A DNA stretch of 63,701 nucleotides, filler included, from Folioceros fuciformis (lineage: Eukaryota), in assembly GCA_049999805.1 (NCBI GenBank). It is 18 parts of 18 records of this genome, joined end to end, with 100 filler letters (N's around TTAATTAATTAA, not from the genome) between each part and the next. Parts side by side here need not be neighbours in the genome. Positions count along the whole stretch, not along the records: positions 24,358 to 39,548 come from JBNGIO010002734.1; positions 39,649 to 41,688 come from JBNGIO010002735.1; positions 41,789 to 44,259 come from JBNGIO010002736.1; positions 44,360 to 47,409 come from JBNGIO010002737.1; 14 more parts are not named here. The stretch is one strand, 5' to 3'. Positions 37,101 through 47,509 of the stretch are shown piece by piece. Position 1 is the first letter of the stretch. Each line of letters starts with the position of its first letter. The notes under the pieces are model-generated. The model ran no database searches and was not told the DNA's origin. It worked only from the letters and a program-made list of their open reading frames with translations. A program made the position numbers and the translations under genes.

Positions 37101-39465
37101 GTTGCCTCATTCTCATCCAGCTTGCTTCAGTGTCTGTGCACGGTCAGTCAGGAGAAATGTTCTCGAATCTCGGATCGTGTGCTTGTGAGCCATAGTGTTG
37201 TTGTTTTGATAAATGTGATCCGTCCAGGCTGCAACATCACCGTCAAGAATCAGTGCTCAGACAGAGTGACAGCATGCCCACGGTGGGAAAGTGAGTACAC
37301 AAGGGGACCTGGCAGGTGTTCACGTTGCTTTCCTGCACCTGGCGGTCGCGAGCCATATGGCGTTCCGTGAACGGCAGTGCGTGGCCGAGGGGGGTGGGCC
37401 TGGCTCCGCCAACGACAAGGACATGGCTAGTACACCATATGCTGGAATCGACGAGCGAGCCAGGGAGAGCCCACGTCTACTATCTCTATATGTACATAAT
37501 TCGTACATGACTCCAATATCGGGATCAGGATCGGTCCTGTACCTCCCTCCCCCGCGATCCCGTCTCCTGGTCGGTTACTTCTCGGTGGGGATGCCAGACT
37601 GCTGAGCTTTCGTGGCGGCTCGCCCTCCTTCTACTTCTCCTTCTCCTCCATCAACACCGACGGCCCGTATGAGGCTCAAACGTATTCCACTCTCCGCGTG
37701 CCCCACGGCCTACAGCTACCACAACGATCGTGATGTTACCACCTTCCTTGCGCCCAAGGCTCATCCTGCCATGTCGCATTCGGTTCTGGGGAAGGGCAAT
37801 AATAGCTTCAACGTTTGACACTGGCCATGGACCGTCGGCTAGCAAGAAGAAAGCAAATCTACTTGTTCCACAACATCGAGCATCTTGTGCGCCAGGAGAA
37901 ACAGCTAAGCCGGTGAAGACGGCCAAGTGACTAATGCCTGCCGCAGTGGTGACGACGCTGAGTTCATGCTTCGAGGCGATGGTCTGGCTCTCACAACGAG
38001 GTACATCTGTATGTACATACCTACCTAAAGTACCGTAGGTTATTCAGAAAAAAATGCGTCGACCTGACTATGTGACGACAGCGTGCGTACCGCCTACTCT
38101 CGATCGTTCCAAGTGTGCGCGCGTCGTCATCTTTTCTCACGTTTGATGCTATGGTATCCCAGGCTTGTCAGCCGATAGTGGTGCTGATTGTCTCAGTCTG
38201 ATCACTGTCAGACCAAAGGTACAGTAGGTGGGGATTCGGCTAGCTGCGCTATCGTACTCAGAATTCTCAATTCATTTGCTTCACACCTCAAAATGGCCTT
38301 AGAAATGCAAACCGTATGCACACCCATCTCCTGCATGTAATAAATTCAATCAAACTGTCAAGCACAAATGATCCTGTTAGTGTCCGTCCCGTGCACTGCC
38401 GAAGCCAGAATTGTATGGGATTGCGTCGCAGTATGTGGTAATAGCTCTACTCATGTTTATTCCAGTGCAGGCATGACCATCGATGACAGCCAAGTCAGGG
38501 AGAACCCTTCGTTAAAGACTGCCAGCAAACACCAGGTTCATGAAGAGGACGTAAAGTAGCTATCCAGGCGTCCCTGCTCTTCTGCCCCCACATGCTTACG
38601 TTCATGAATAATGGCAATAGCCCCCCATTTTGCAGATTCAGAAAATTAGTACTCGGTAATGAAGGTCAGGTAGAGTGTGCCCGGATACGGACCATGGAGC
38701 AAGCTCGGTGAAGGCTTGGAGTGAGAGGTCCTTGTCCTTTGCCTTCGAAATGAATTTGTGGACTCCGTTCAAAACGTGAGTCTCGTCACAGCAAGGGACA
38801 TGAGTTGAAAGTACAATTCACAAACAGTCGCCCAATCTAAGGACGCCAGACACGCTTTTGCATGTGCTTTACTTCACAAAGCAGTAATATCATATCCATA
38901 TCTCATATTGGGGAGGCCAGCATTCTCGGGCAGAACCAGGGCGATCTACGAATACTCAATGCGTGGAACCCCACCTTGGTACCAAGTAGCCTCATCCAGT
39001 TGTATTCCCGGACCGGAGCATGCAACCAATTTAGTATAAGAACTCCACAGGTAACGCTCCGAGGCCGAGATTCCATCCTCTTAGGATTTGTAAATCATCC
39101 CATGTAAACGTGAACACCCTTGAAGTCGATCCGGAGTAGGATGTGATTCACTCCCATTCTGCCTATTAGGTACGTTGGCCTCACTCCTCGTGGGTGTGAG
39201 GTCTCTGCATGAGATTACTGCGGCTAAGTAAAGTGCACCCCCAATTCCGGGCTCCAACAAGAACGTTCTTTCAAGTACAGTATTTTGGAGCTGCTTTCAT
39301 TAGCATTGATGGAACTGTCCCTTCCCTTAGCATCGATGGAACTAGACTCTATCAACCCTGTCCCACAAAACCCAGAATTTGTTCTTGCAGTCACGTCCTT
39401 CTTGCAGCAATCAGTAAGCTTTCCAACCTTACCCAAGTGCTTCCATTCAATAAGGACCGTCCTGA

Positions 39466-39548
39466 TCAGAAATACTCCTTCCCAGTCCTCACGCCAACAT
39501 TTTCTAAAAAGCTGGTTTCACTGAATTGCCCCCTTGGATTTCATCGTC
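39466..39548 (+). repeat. Family B terminus, copy 2
   Basis: Inverted match to 24539-24621; runs to the contig end. Confidence 0.85.
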
Positions 39549-39648
39549 NNNNNNNNNNNNNNNNNNNNNNNNNNNNNNNNNNNNNNNNNNNNTTAATTAA
39601 TTAANNNNNNNNNNNNNNNNNNNNNNNNNNNNNNNNNNNNNNNNNNNN

Positions 39649-39923
39649 ATATCTTTAATTAATATTAAACTAATCACCCAACCCTATGGCCTGGTACCGA
39701 ACCTAAACCTTCCCAGGTCTGGGACCAAACCTATACCCACTCTTATAACCAAACCAACTATTTCCTGGTCAATTAACTTAATTAGCACAAAGAAAAATAG
39801 GAAAAATGACCAGAAAATCAAGGAAAATTAGGAAAAATAAGTTGAAAAAGAAAACCAAACCATACCACTATTAACCCTTTTTCAACCAAAACAAACTACT
39901 ACCCCAAACTTTGGAGGTTCACA
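39649..39923 (-). repeat. Family A terminus, copy 3 (longest, 275 bp)
   Basis: Ends ...GGAGGTTCACA at 39923. Confidence 0.9.
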
Positions 39924-40869
39924 GGCAGTCCCAGAACAGGCTGAACAGGAACCAGAGGCTGTCCAGGAGCCAACAGAGCAGGGACAAATCGAGGAAGAGC
40001 TAGAGACACCTCAGGAACAGGTGCCAAAAATGAAGCCGGCCTTGCTTGAGGTCATGGCCGAATTAGGGCACATTCCGGAACAAGAAGCCTTCCCAGGATG
40101 GGAAGAAGTTTTTAGGAGAATCCCTCTGGTGGATAGGTTGCAGGCAGGAGACCTAGAGAGGCTGTGAGGGTTGCTAGGGCGGTAGATCACTAAAAGGGAA
40201 ATGGCCCCTGTGGAGTCACGGGAGGTGGACTTGCCAGGCTTAACCTCAGCAACGGTGCAGGCCTAAGCGGACTTGCTGGACTAGGCGGCCAGGGCTTTGA
40301 CCTGGCTAAGCATGTAGGCGAAAAGGGAGGCTGAGGCTTGGAGCAAGGAGGCGGAAGCGAGAGGGAAGGAGGCCGAAGCCTGGAGGCAGCTGGTAGAGTC
40401 CGAGACGGCACGGCGACTCCTGGAAGAGAGGCAGCGGGTCCTGAGTGAGGGTAAGGCACAAGTGGAGGAATAAGCGCGCTTGGTGAGGGCAGAGATACAG
40501 GCGCTGAAGGAACAGTAGGGGACACTCCTAGCTCAGGTGAGGGAAGCCCATGAAACTAATCTGGAAATGCAACAGGAGATGGCTAGGGCTCAGGAGAAGG
40601 AAATGGCTACAATGGAACAAGTCCAGAAGCTTGCCGACAGGTACAAGCGAGAGTGGGATGAGGCCAGAGAGCGAGTGAAGGGGAAGGGCAAGGCCGGGCG
40701 AAGTAGTCGAACAACAATGCCGGTAGCCGAAGGGGCTAGTGGTAGTCGAGCGACAATGGAGGTAGCTGAGGAGACTACCAGTAGAGGAGAGACGACGCCG
40801 GTAGCCGAAGCCCCGACCTTGGTAGCCGAAGAGGTGCTGGCAGAGGCGCATGTGCCCAAACACTCCTAA
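39924..40869 (+). pseudogene. Second copy of the coiled-coil accessory ORF family
   Basis: Protein similarity to 19199-20300; several stops. Confidence 0.65.
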
Positions 40870-40913
40870 AGAGCGACTCGCGCCAAGAGGACTAAGCAGG
40901 GGGAAGCAACAGC

Positions 40914-41124
40914 TGTAATGAGTTATATGATTAATATAATATATTACAGCCCTAAATGAGGTTTGAAGCGTTATTGCTTTAAGCAGTATTAGGGTTTGTG
41001 ATATGAACAGTTATTGACATAATTATGTAACACGTTTCTTGATCTTTAACGAACACATTCTTCAAGTCACTTGTATGTGAGTTCCTGTTCTGGTCGCTCT
41101 TGCAATTCTTTATGGTATCAGAGC
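40914..41124 (+). mobile_element. Short LTR (40914-41112) plus iMet PBS
   Basis: Starts TGTAATGAG and is followed by TGGTATCAGAGC at 41113. Confidence 0.7.
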
Positions 41125-43285
41125 ACTCAATTGCCAATGTCTGAGATCATTCTACCAGTAAGTCCACGCATATGATTACCATGCTCTTCATCCAGCCTTG
41201 GTGGATGAATCTCACGGTCTTCACACACGCACCCCAACCTGCACAACGATCTTAGATATGCAAATCTCCTAAGTGCACAATGCGTACTACAAAATCCTTG
41301 CACACTCTACACTAGTATCTACAGGGATGGAGAGTCTTGCACTCTTCAAAGATCTGTTTGCGGAAATCTTTTTTCCTTTCCATCTTAATCACTTGCATGG
41401 AAAGCAACGTTTCAAATCTCCATCCACAATGCACATTTTCTATAGCTGACACTAGCACATAAACAAAATGACAAGAAACAGAGGGAACGTACCCTATTCA
41501 TGTGACATCCCCAGAACTTCACAATGTTTGTTCGGGTGTTATAGATCGCACCCAAATTGCCCTCGCAGTCTCTCACCACTTGTGCATCGTTGTCCTGGAT
41601 ACCACACACAACACAAAACGTATGGTCAGATATCATACACTAGAGCTAGAGCAGACGACTCTTCTGTCAGAAATCAGATAGCACCAGTNNNNNNNNNNNN
41701 NNNNNNNNNNNNNNNNNNNNNNNNNNNNNNNNTTAATTAATTAANNNNNNNNNNNNNNNNNNNNNNNNNNNNNNNNNNNNNNNNNNNNCTCAACTCAACT
41801 GTACTGAACTTGCCTTAGCCCTTGGCTAGGTCCCCTTTTATACACAAGCTCAAGTCACTAACTTAGCAACTACTCACTTAAGCATTTACTTAAGCCTTAA
41901 GCTATTATTCACTACCACACACTTAGTAACGTGCTCTGCTAAACATACCTATGCATGGAGCTTACTTGCTTGGCACTCAAACTAGCATTGTTACTACAAG
42001 TGTATTTTTAAATTCAAATTGGAGAATGTGTTTTTAAAAGTCTAGACGGAAAAAATATTAACACTCGATGATGTAATAAAATCCTTATTACTCTTGTCTT
42101 ATGTGTATTACTATTGTCTTATTCGTGTCTGGTGTCTTATGGATTGCTCCATAGTTGATACAAGAATAAAGATCTCTTGTCTTATGTATGGAATGCCGGT
42201 ACAGAATATTCCACAGTTTATACAAGAATAAGGAATATACCCTTGATTTTCTTCACTCATGTATTGCGCAACTTCAAGTCTTAGCAAGGATTGCATAAGT
42301 TTTTTTTTTCTTTTGACACAACCGTGATTATAAACCACTTAGTCCAGTCTTTAGAGTTATTATGTGTTTGAGACATTTACTTGTGCTTACACACCTTTGT
42401 TTAAAGATGTTGTATTGTACAATGATGTTTTGTGTGGTGGCCATGGGATTTGTCATGCTTATAGCCTGGTAGTGACGTCATTCAATAGGGCTTTCTCACA
42501 TTGGCATTGTTCCTATCCTTTTAGAGATTTCATTCTTAGTCAAGAACACAATGACAATTGAACAAAGTCTCGGCTATATCATTACAGCGATTTCGTTTCA
42601 AGAGGAAGATGACAAATTCAATGAATAGAAGTATTATGTTGGTGCCCTATTGTATGCACACAATGTATGTAGCTTTAAAAATTTCACATCTATGGAGGAT
42701 TGAGGAACTGAATGGGGTGAGCAGTTGTAAAGTTGGAGATGTGGTTTAATGCTTCTATTGTCATTTCTTGTTGCCTTGGATGCTGCAATTGCAATCAACC
42801 ATTGCCAATTCTTTTGTGTGGTACATTGTAGGTACTATTAATCGCCCCTGCAACAATATCTATGCAAAGGGCTTGGAGGATATGGACTTCCTCCACAACA
42901 TGTACTCGGTGCACCTAGCCTTGATGACTTTGTGCAAGGAGTAAAGAGGGAGGCTAGAGTCATTGGAGCTATGGATGTAGAAGGAGGTCCTGCCTTAGGT
43001 GGGGACACACACCTAAGACATGACCTCTTGTCTTCTGCAAAAGTGTAGATTTGTCTTTATGGGCACTCCTAGTATGGGTGTTTGTCTTTGGCAAAGGCCT
43101 TAAAGGTTGTCCTTCCATTAAAACCATGTGGCAATAACAAAATGTGGATTTCTAATCACATAAACTTTGTCCTCTTGCAACGTCTTTTTGTGCTCACTTT
43201 TAACTCTCTTGCATATGGGCGGATCTTGTGAGGGCCTTGGTAAGATGCCAACCCCTAGCCTCACATAGGGCCGAAAAAAAAACGT

Positions 43286-43550
43286 GTCAAAACCCGCATG
43301 ACACAAGTGAGGTTGTCACAACCCGTATGACCGCAAGTGAGGTTGTCATAACCCATATGACACAAGTGAGGTTATCACACCCCACATGACACAAGTGAGG
43401 TTGTCACAACCCGTATGACCGCAAGTGAGGTTGTCATAACCCATATGACACAAGTGAGGTTATCACACCCCACATGACACAAGTGAGGTTGTCACACCCC
43501 ACATGACACAAGTGAGGTTGTCACACCCCACATGACACAAGTGAGGTTGT
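43286..43550. repeat. 29/30-bp minisatellite, 9 copies, with an 88-bp higher-order repeat
   Basis: CAAGTGAGGTT at 43304, 43334, 43363, 43392, 43422, 43451, 43480, 43509 and 43538. Confidence 0.93.
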
Positions 43551-43670
43551 GGAGGAGTCTTCTCTTCCAGTAAGTTTTTCTTCTTGGAAGAGTTCTCATC
43601 CCTTTTGCCTTTGTAATGGCTGCAAGTTCTCATAGCACATAGTACCAACTTTGTCTCATCATCCTATCAT

Positions 43671-43906
43671 AGGCTCATCCTTGTAATGACAACATAAGTA
43701 CTCCATACTCGTGAACTCAAAAGAGCTATAAACGGTTATAGGAAACCCTTCAAGTCATAACCAATAAGTTACATCTTTCATGTACAGTAGGCTCATCGTT
43801 GTAATGACAACATAAGTACTCCATACTCGTGAACTCAAAAGAGCTATAAACCGTTATAGGAAACCCTTCAAGTCATAACCAATAAGTTACATCTTTCATG
43901 TACAGT
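43671..43906. repeat. 118-bp tandem duplication
   Basis: Near-identical units start at 43671 and 43789, each ending TGTACAGT. Confidence 0.92.
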
Positions 43907-44259
43907 CGACCCTCCCTAAATGTGACTTCCCTAAATGTTATATCTCTATAAATGTTACAGGTTTGGGTACTCCTAGTTGGGGAGTAAGGATAAATGTTAT
44001 TTTTTTATAAATGTTATATGTTACTTGTTTTGTTTTATGAAAATTGGCACTCTCAATTACTATAGTCCAATTCTATAAATGTTATTTAAATTTTATAATA
44101 TAAAAATTATCTATATTATGCTTAAAATAGTATGGATAATATAGATATCTAACTTATTCAATCACAATGCGATAAAAAAGCTTGGCATGTCGATGATAAA
44201 GAGAAAATTATTAGAAATTATTGGAAACACTCCGGATTATAGCAAGAGAGAGCAAGTGG
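43903..44259. mobile_element. pogo-like element end (TIR)
   Basis: TA|CAGTCGACCCTCCCTAAATGT resembles the TIR at 23294, with reiterated TAAATGTTA subterminal motifs. Confidence 0.6.
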
Positions 44260-44359
44260 NNNNNNNNNNNNNNNNNNNNNNNNNNNNNNNNNNNNNNNNN
44301 NNNTTAATTAATTAANNNNNNNNNNNNNNNNNNNNNNNNNNNNNNNNNNNNNNNNNNNN

Positions 44360-44566
44360 GTCTGGGACCAAACCTATACCCACTCTTATAACCAAACCCA
44401 CTATTTCCTAGTCAATTAACCCAATTAGCACAAAGAAAAATAGGAAAAATAAGCAGAAAATCAAGGAAAATTAGGAAAAATAAGTTGAAAAAGAAAACCA
44501 AACCATACCACTATTAACCCTTTTTCAACCAAAACAAACTACTACCCCAAACTTTGGAGGTTCACA
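44360..44566 (-). repeat. Family A terminus, copy 4
   Basis: Ends ...GGAGGTTCACA at 44566. Confidence 0.9.
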
Positions 44567-45664
44567 GGGACAGTGCCGGACACATGAGTTGCAGTTCTCA
44601 ACCAGCTGGCCAACCAAGCTTGATCGTCCAGGTGACCCCGCCAAATCGCTTCTCAATGTATCCACCACCCTCCTCTACAAGTTGGTAGTGGAACAATCGC
44701 ATCCCAGAGGCCAAAGCCCCATAGCTGCAAGGCTTGACCTGCCAAGAAAAATGCAATACAGGACAATCCGCCTTTTATGGGATAGCAAGGGAATTTTGGA
44801 ACGAACGCGCTTCACTGTTTGGAAGATGTTCCAAGCAGCCCTGCCAAACGCGAATCGGTGGAACGGCCTCTTCGAAGCCACTAGTTATCCTCACTACACC
44901 CTGTGTCCGCAAGGTCAGGAGAACAAAAGCGAGCACATGTTCTTCAGATGAAGCTCAACCAAGTCGGTGTGGAAGCGACTAGAGGCGTGGACACGAAGAG
45001 TTCTTCATAGACCGCAAGTCAGGATCCTAGAACATACAACGCTGTTTGGCCTGATCACATCTTCCGAGCGCCCCCTCTGCACTCTTCAGTGGTGGCCGAT
45101 CCTTTGGGCGTCCACCATTCATCACCTGTGGGTGCACTAGTCTTCCGTGACCTTCGGAGGATAGGAACCAAAACACACCAACGCTATCCTCTACAGCATC
45201 TGAGAAACCATGATCCACAATGCCTTAGCCCTCCAGCGCACCAGCAAAAGGACCTTCAAGCCTGATGCTTGGAGAAAGGGAGGTTTCCTCTCCAGCGACC
45301 AACCTCCTTCTTGGTCCTACAATTGCAAGTTCTGAAATCGCCTGCCCGGTGGAATGGGGGTGGGATGGCCATGGTGGGCAGGCACAAGGCCTGGTCAAGT
45401 TTGGTGACCAAAGTGAGTAGGGTAGGGACCGAGATGAATTCATAGCTTTATCTGATCCTCCGGGTTTTGTGCCGGCCTGGTCGGATCTGGAAGCCTAGGG
45501 ATTCTGGAGTTGATCCCGGGCACGTATGCACCCTCTGTGGTCGCTAAATGGGGTCCACGTCACGGTCTATTCCCTCGTAGGGTCCTGATAGGACCCCTGG
45601 GAGCCCTCTATACTTATCATTTTATTTTGAAAGGGCCTCAACTCTTCACAAAAAAAAAAAAAAA
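44567..45664 (+). mobile_element. L1 LINE 3' end (zf-RVT region, 3' UTR, poly(A))
   Basis: LW...RFTVWKMFQAALP...LCPQGQE..EHMFF; A15 tail at 45650-45664 abutting an interrupted copia. Confidence 0.85.
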
Positions 45665-46864
45665 CCCCCGTAAGCACTAGCTTTCCTATGCCATGACTTT
45701 TGTAGGCTAGGCTATAGGTGAGGGTGCCTTTGAGGTAGCAAAATATTCTTTTAACTACTGCCCAGTGCACCCTATTCAGTTATTCCAGAAGCTGAGATGC
45801 TGTAGAAACAGAATATTGAATGTCCGGCCTAGTCCATCTGCCTACAAATATGAGGCTTCCCACGACATGAAAATAAGGAACAGATTCCATTTCCTTGGCT
45901 TCTTCTGCTATTTGCTGGCACTGGTCGGTTGTCAATTTTGTACCGACAGCATAGGGGGTGCTAATTGGTCTGGCTTGGTCCAACTTAAACCATGCCAGGA
46001 TTTCCTTGATATATTTGGATTGGTGGATGATCACGCTACCGAAGCAGGAAGTGCAGTCCTCGAGAGAGCCTGTAAACATTTCCATCTGCCGAACTTTGTA
46101 CAAAAGAGGTACTGATAAAGTAAGAGCACATGGTAGTATACCAAACATGGCCGCTCTGCTTGAGGTCGTAAATCCACTTCTTCAACCTCAGGACCTTATG
46201 TGGAAATTGCTTGCTAACGTATCCCTTGGGTTGGTCCATATAGAACTCCTTGTCGAGTGCTCCGTATAAGTATGCTATGCACATATCCATCTGGTATAGC
46301 TCTAGGTCAAGTTCTGCAGCCAAGGAAAGGAGGATGCGTATAGACTGGGCTCACACAATTGGGGAGAAGGTTTCCTAATAGTTGAGTCCTTCAACTTGAG
46401 AGAAGCCTTGGGCTACCAGGTGAGCCTTGAAGCAAGTGACCTGGCCTTGGGCATTGAGCTTGAGCTTGAACGTCCATTTGCAGTTGATCGGCTTTCTTCT
46501 AGGAGCTAGATCGACCAGCTCCCAAGTCTTGCTCTTCAAAAGGCTTTGTTACTCATCCTCCACTGCAATCCACCATTGGGAGGACTCGGGGCCAGTGAGG
46601 GCCTGGGTGAGAGTGGTCGGTTCCTCAAGGAGGGAAGGAGGAGGAGATAAGGTAACAGATAGGGAGATGAGTGCGGTTTGAAAATCCACGGACTGGTAGG
46701 GTGGCTCAGCCCACTGGGACGGTGGTGGCCGATGGCGAGTGCTGCGGTGAAGGCCAAGAGCTGGCGCAAGACCTTGGTCTGGCATGGGAGTAAGCACCGA
46801 GGGCATCTCAGGCGTCAGCTCGGCTTCATCCAGGGCAGGCGGTGACAAGTGGGAGGTGCGCCTA
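45665..46864 (-). mobile_element. Ty1/copia RT fragment
   Basis: EEPTTLTQAL, LYQMD..IAYLYG, LKQSG, VGSLIF...TRPDI, HWAVVKRIFCYLKGT. Confidence 0.9.
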
Positions 46865-47319
46865 TGAAGCAAGGAATGCTTGCATAGCATACTGTATGTT
46901 GCGTACAGACCATGTCTCATGAACTCAAGGAGTTGACAGTTACAACCGCTAGGGTTCCTAACCTATTGACTTGAAACTAACCAACATGTTCTCACTCCCA
47001 CTCAGGTCGAAGGTTAGTGAGTAGTTTAATTTTATAGTCATTTATAAGATTCTAACGAAAATGAAACGCAGCCTAAAATATCCTAGACCTAAAGCTCAAG
47101 AAAATTTGTCTTCACCTTCGTTTTCAGTCTTCAGTCGTCACGTGGATCCAGCTAGCTGTCTCCCGAGGTCGATGGTCCACTCCAATGGATGTTGCGGCTA
47201 GACGCCCGCAGCCCCATCCAGACAAAGTGTTCATAGTGCTTAACCTTGCCGAGTGCTTTTGTAAGAACGTCAGCTGTCATGCGCTCCGTTGGGCAATAGA
47301 GTACGTGGATCAGGCCTTG
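46865..47319 (-). mobile_element. Copia 3' end: RNase H tail, PPT, short 3' LTR (about 46865-46994)
   Basis: YCPTERMTADVLTKAL; PPT GAGTGGGAG followed by TGAGAAC...GCTTCA. Confidence 0.65.
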
Positions 47320-47409
47320 TGTGAACCTCCAAAGTTTGGGGTAGTAGTTTGTTTTGGTTGAAAAAGGGTTAATAGTGGTATGGTTTGGTTTTCTTTTTCA
47401 ACTTATTTT
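47320..47409 (+). repeat. Family A terminus, copy 5
   Basis: Starts TGTGAACCTCC at 47320. Confidence 0.9.
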
Positions 47410-47509
47410 NNNNNNNNNNNNNNNNNNNNNNNNNNNNNNNNNNNNNNNNNNNNTTAATTAATTAANNNNNNNNNNNNNNNNNNNNNNNNNNNNNNNNNNN
47501 NNNNNNNNN

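Noticed and set aside
42560..43020. Possible transposase exon fragments
   Set aside because: Coding-like but no motif I can identify; too degenerate to call.
43286..43550. CRISPR-like array (also considered for 22131-22299 and 57100-57251)
   Set aside because: Units repeat over their whole length with no unique spacers, there are no cas genes, and the context is eukaryotic TE sequence.
44360..47409. A single TIR transposon spanning this contig
   Set aside because: Both family A termini point outward, so the elements lie outside the contig; these are two separate insertions.
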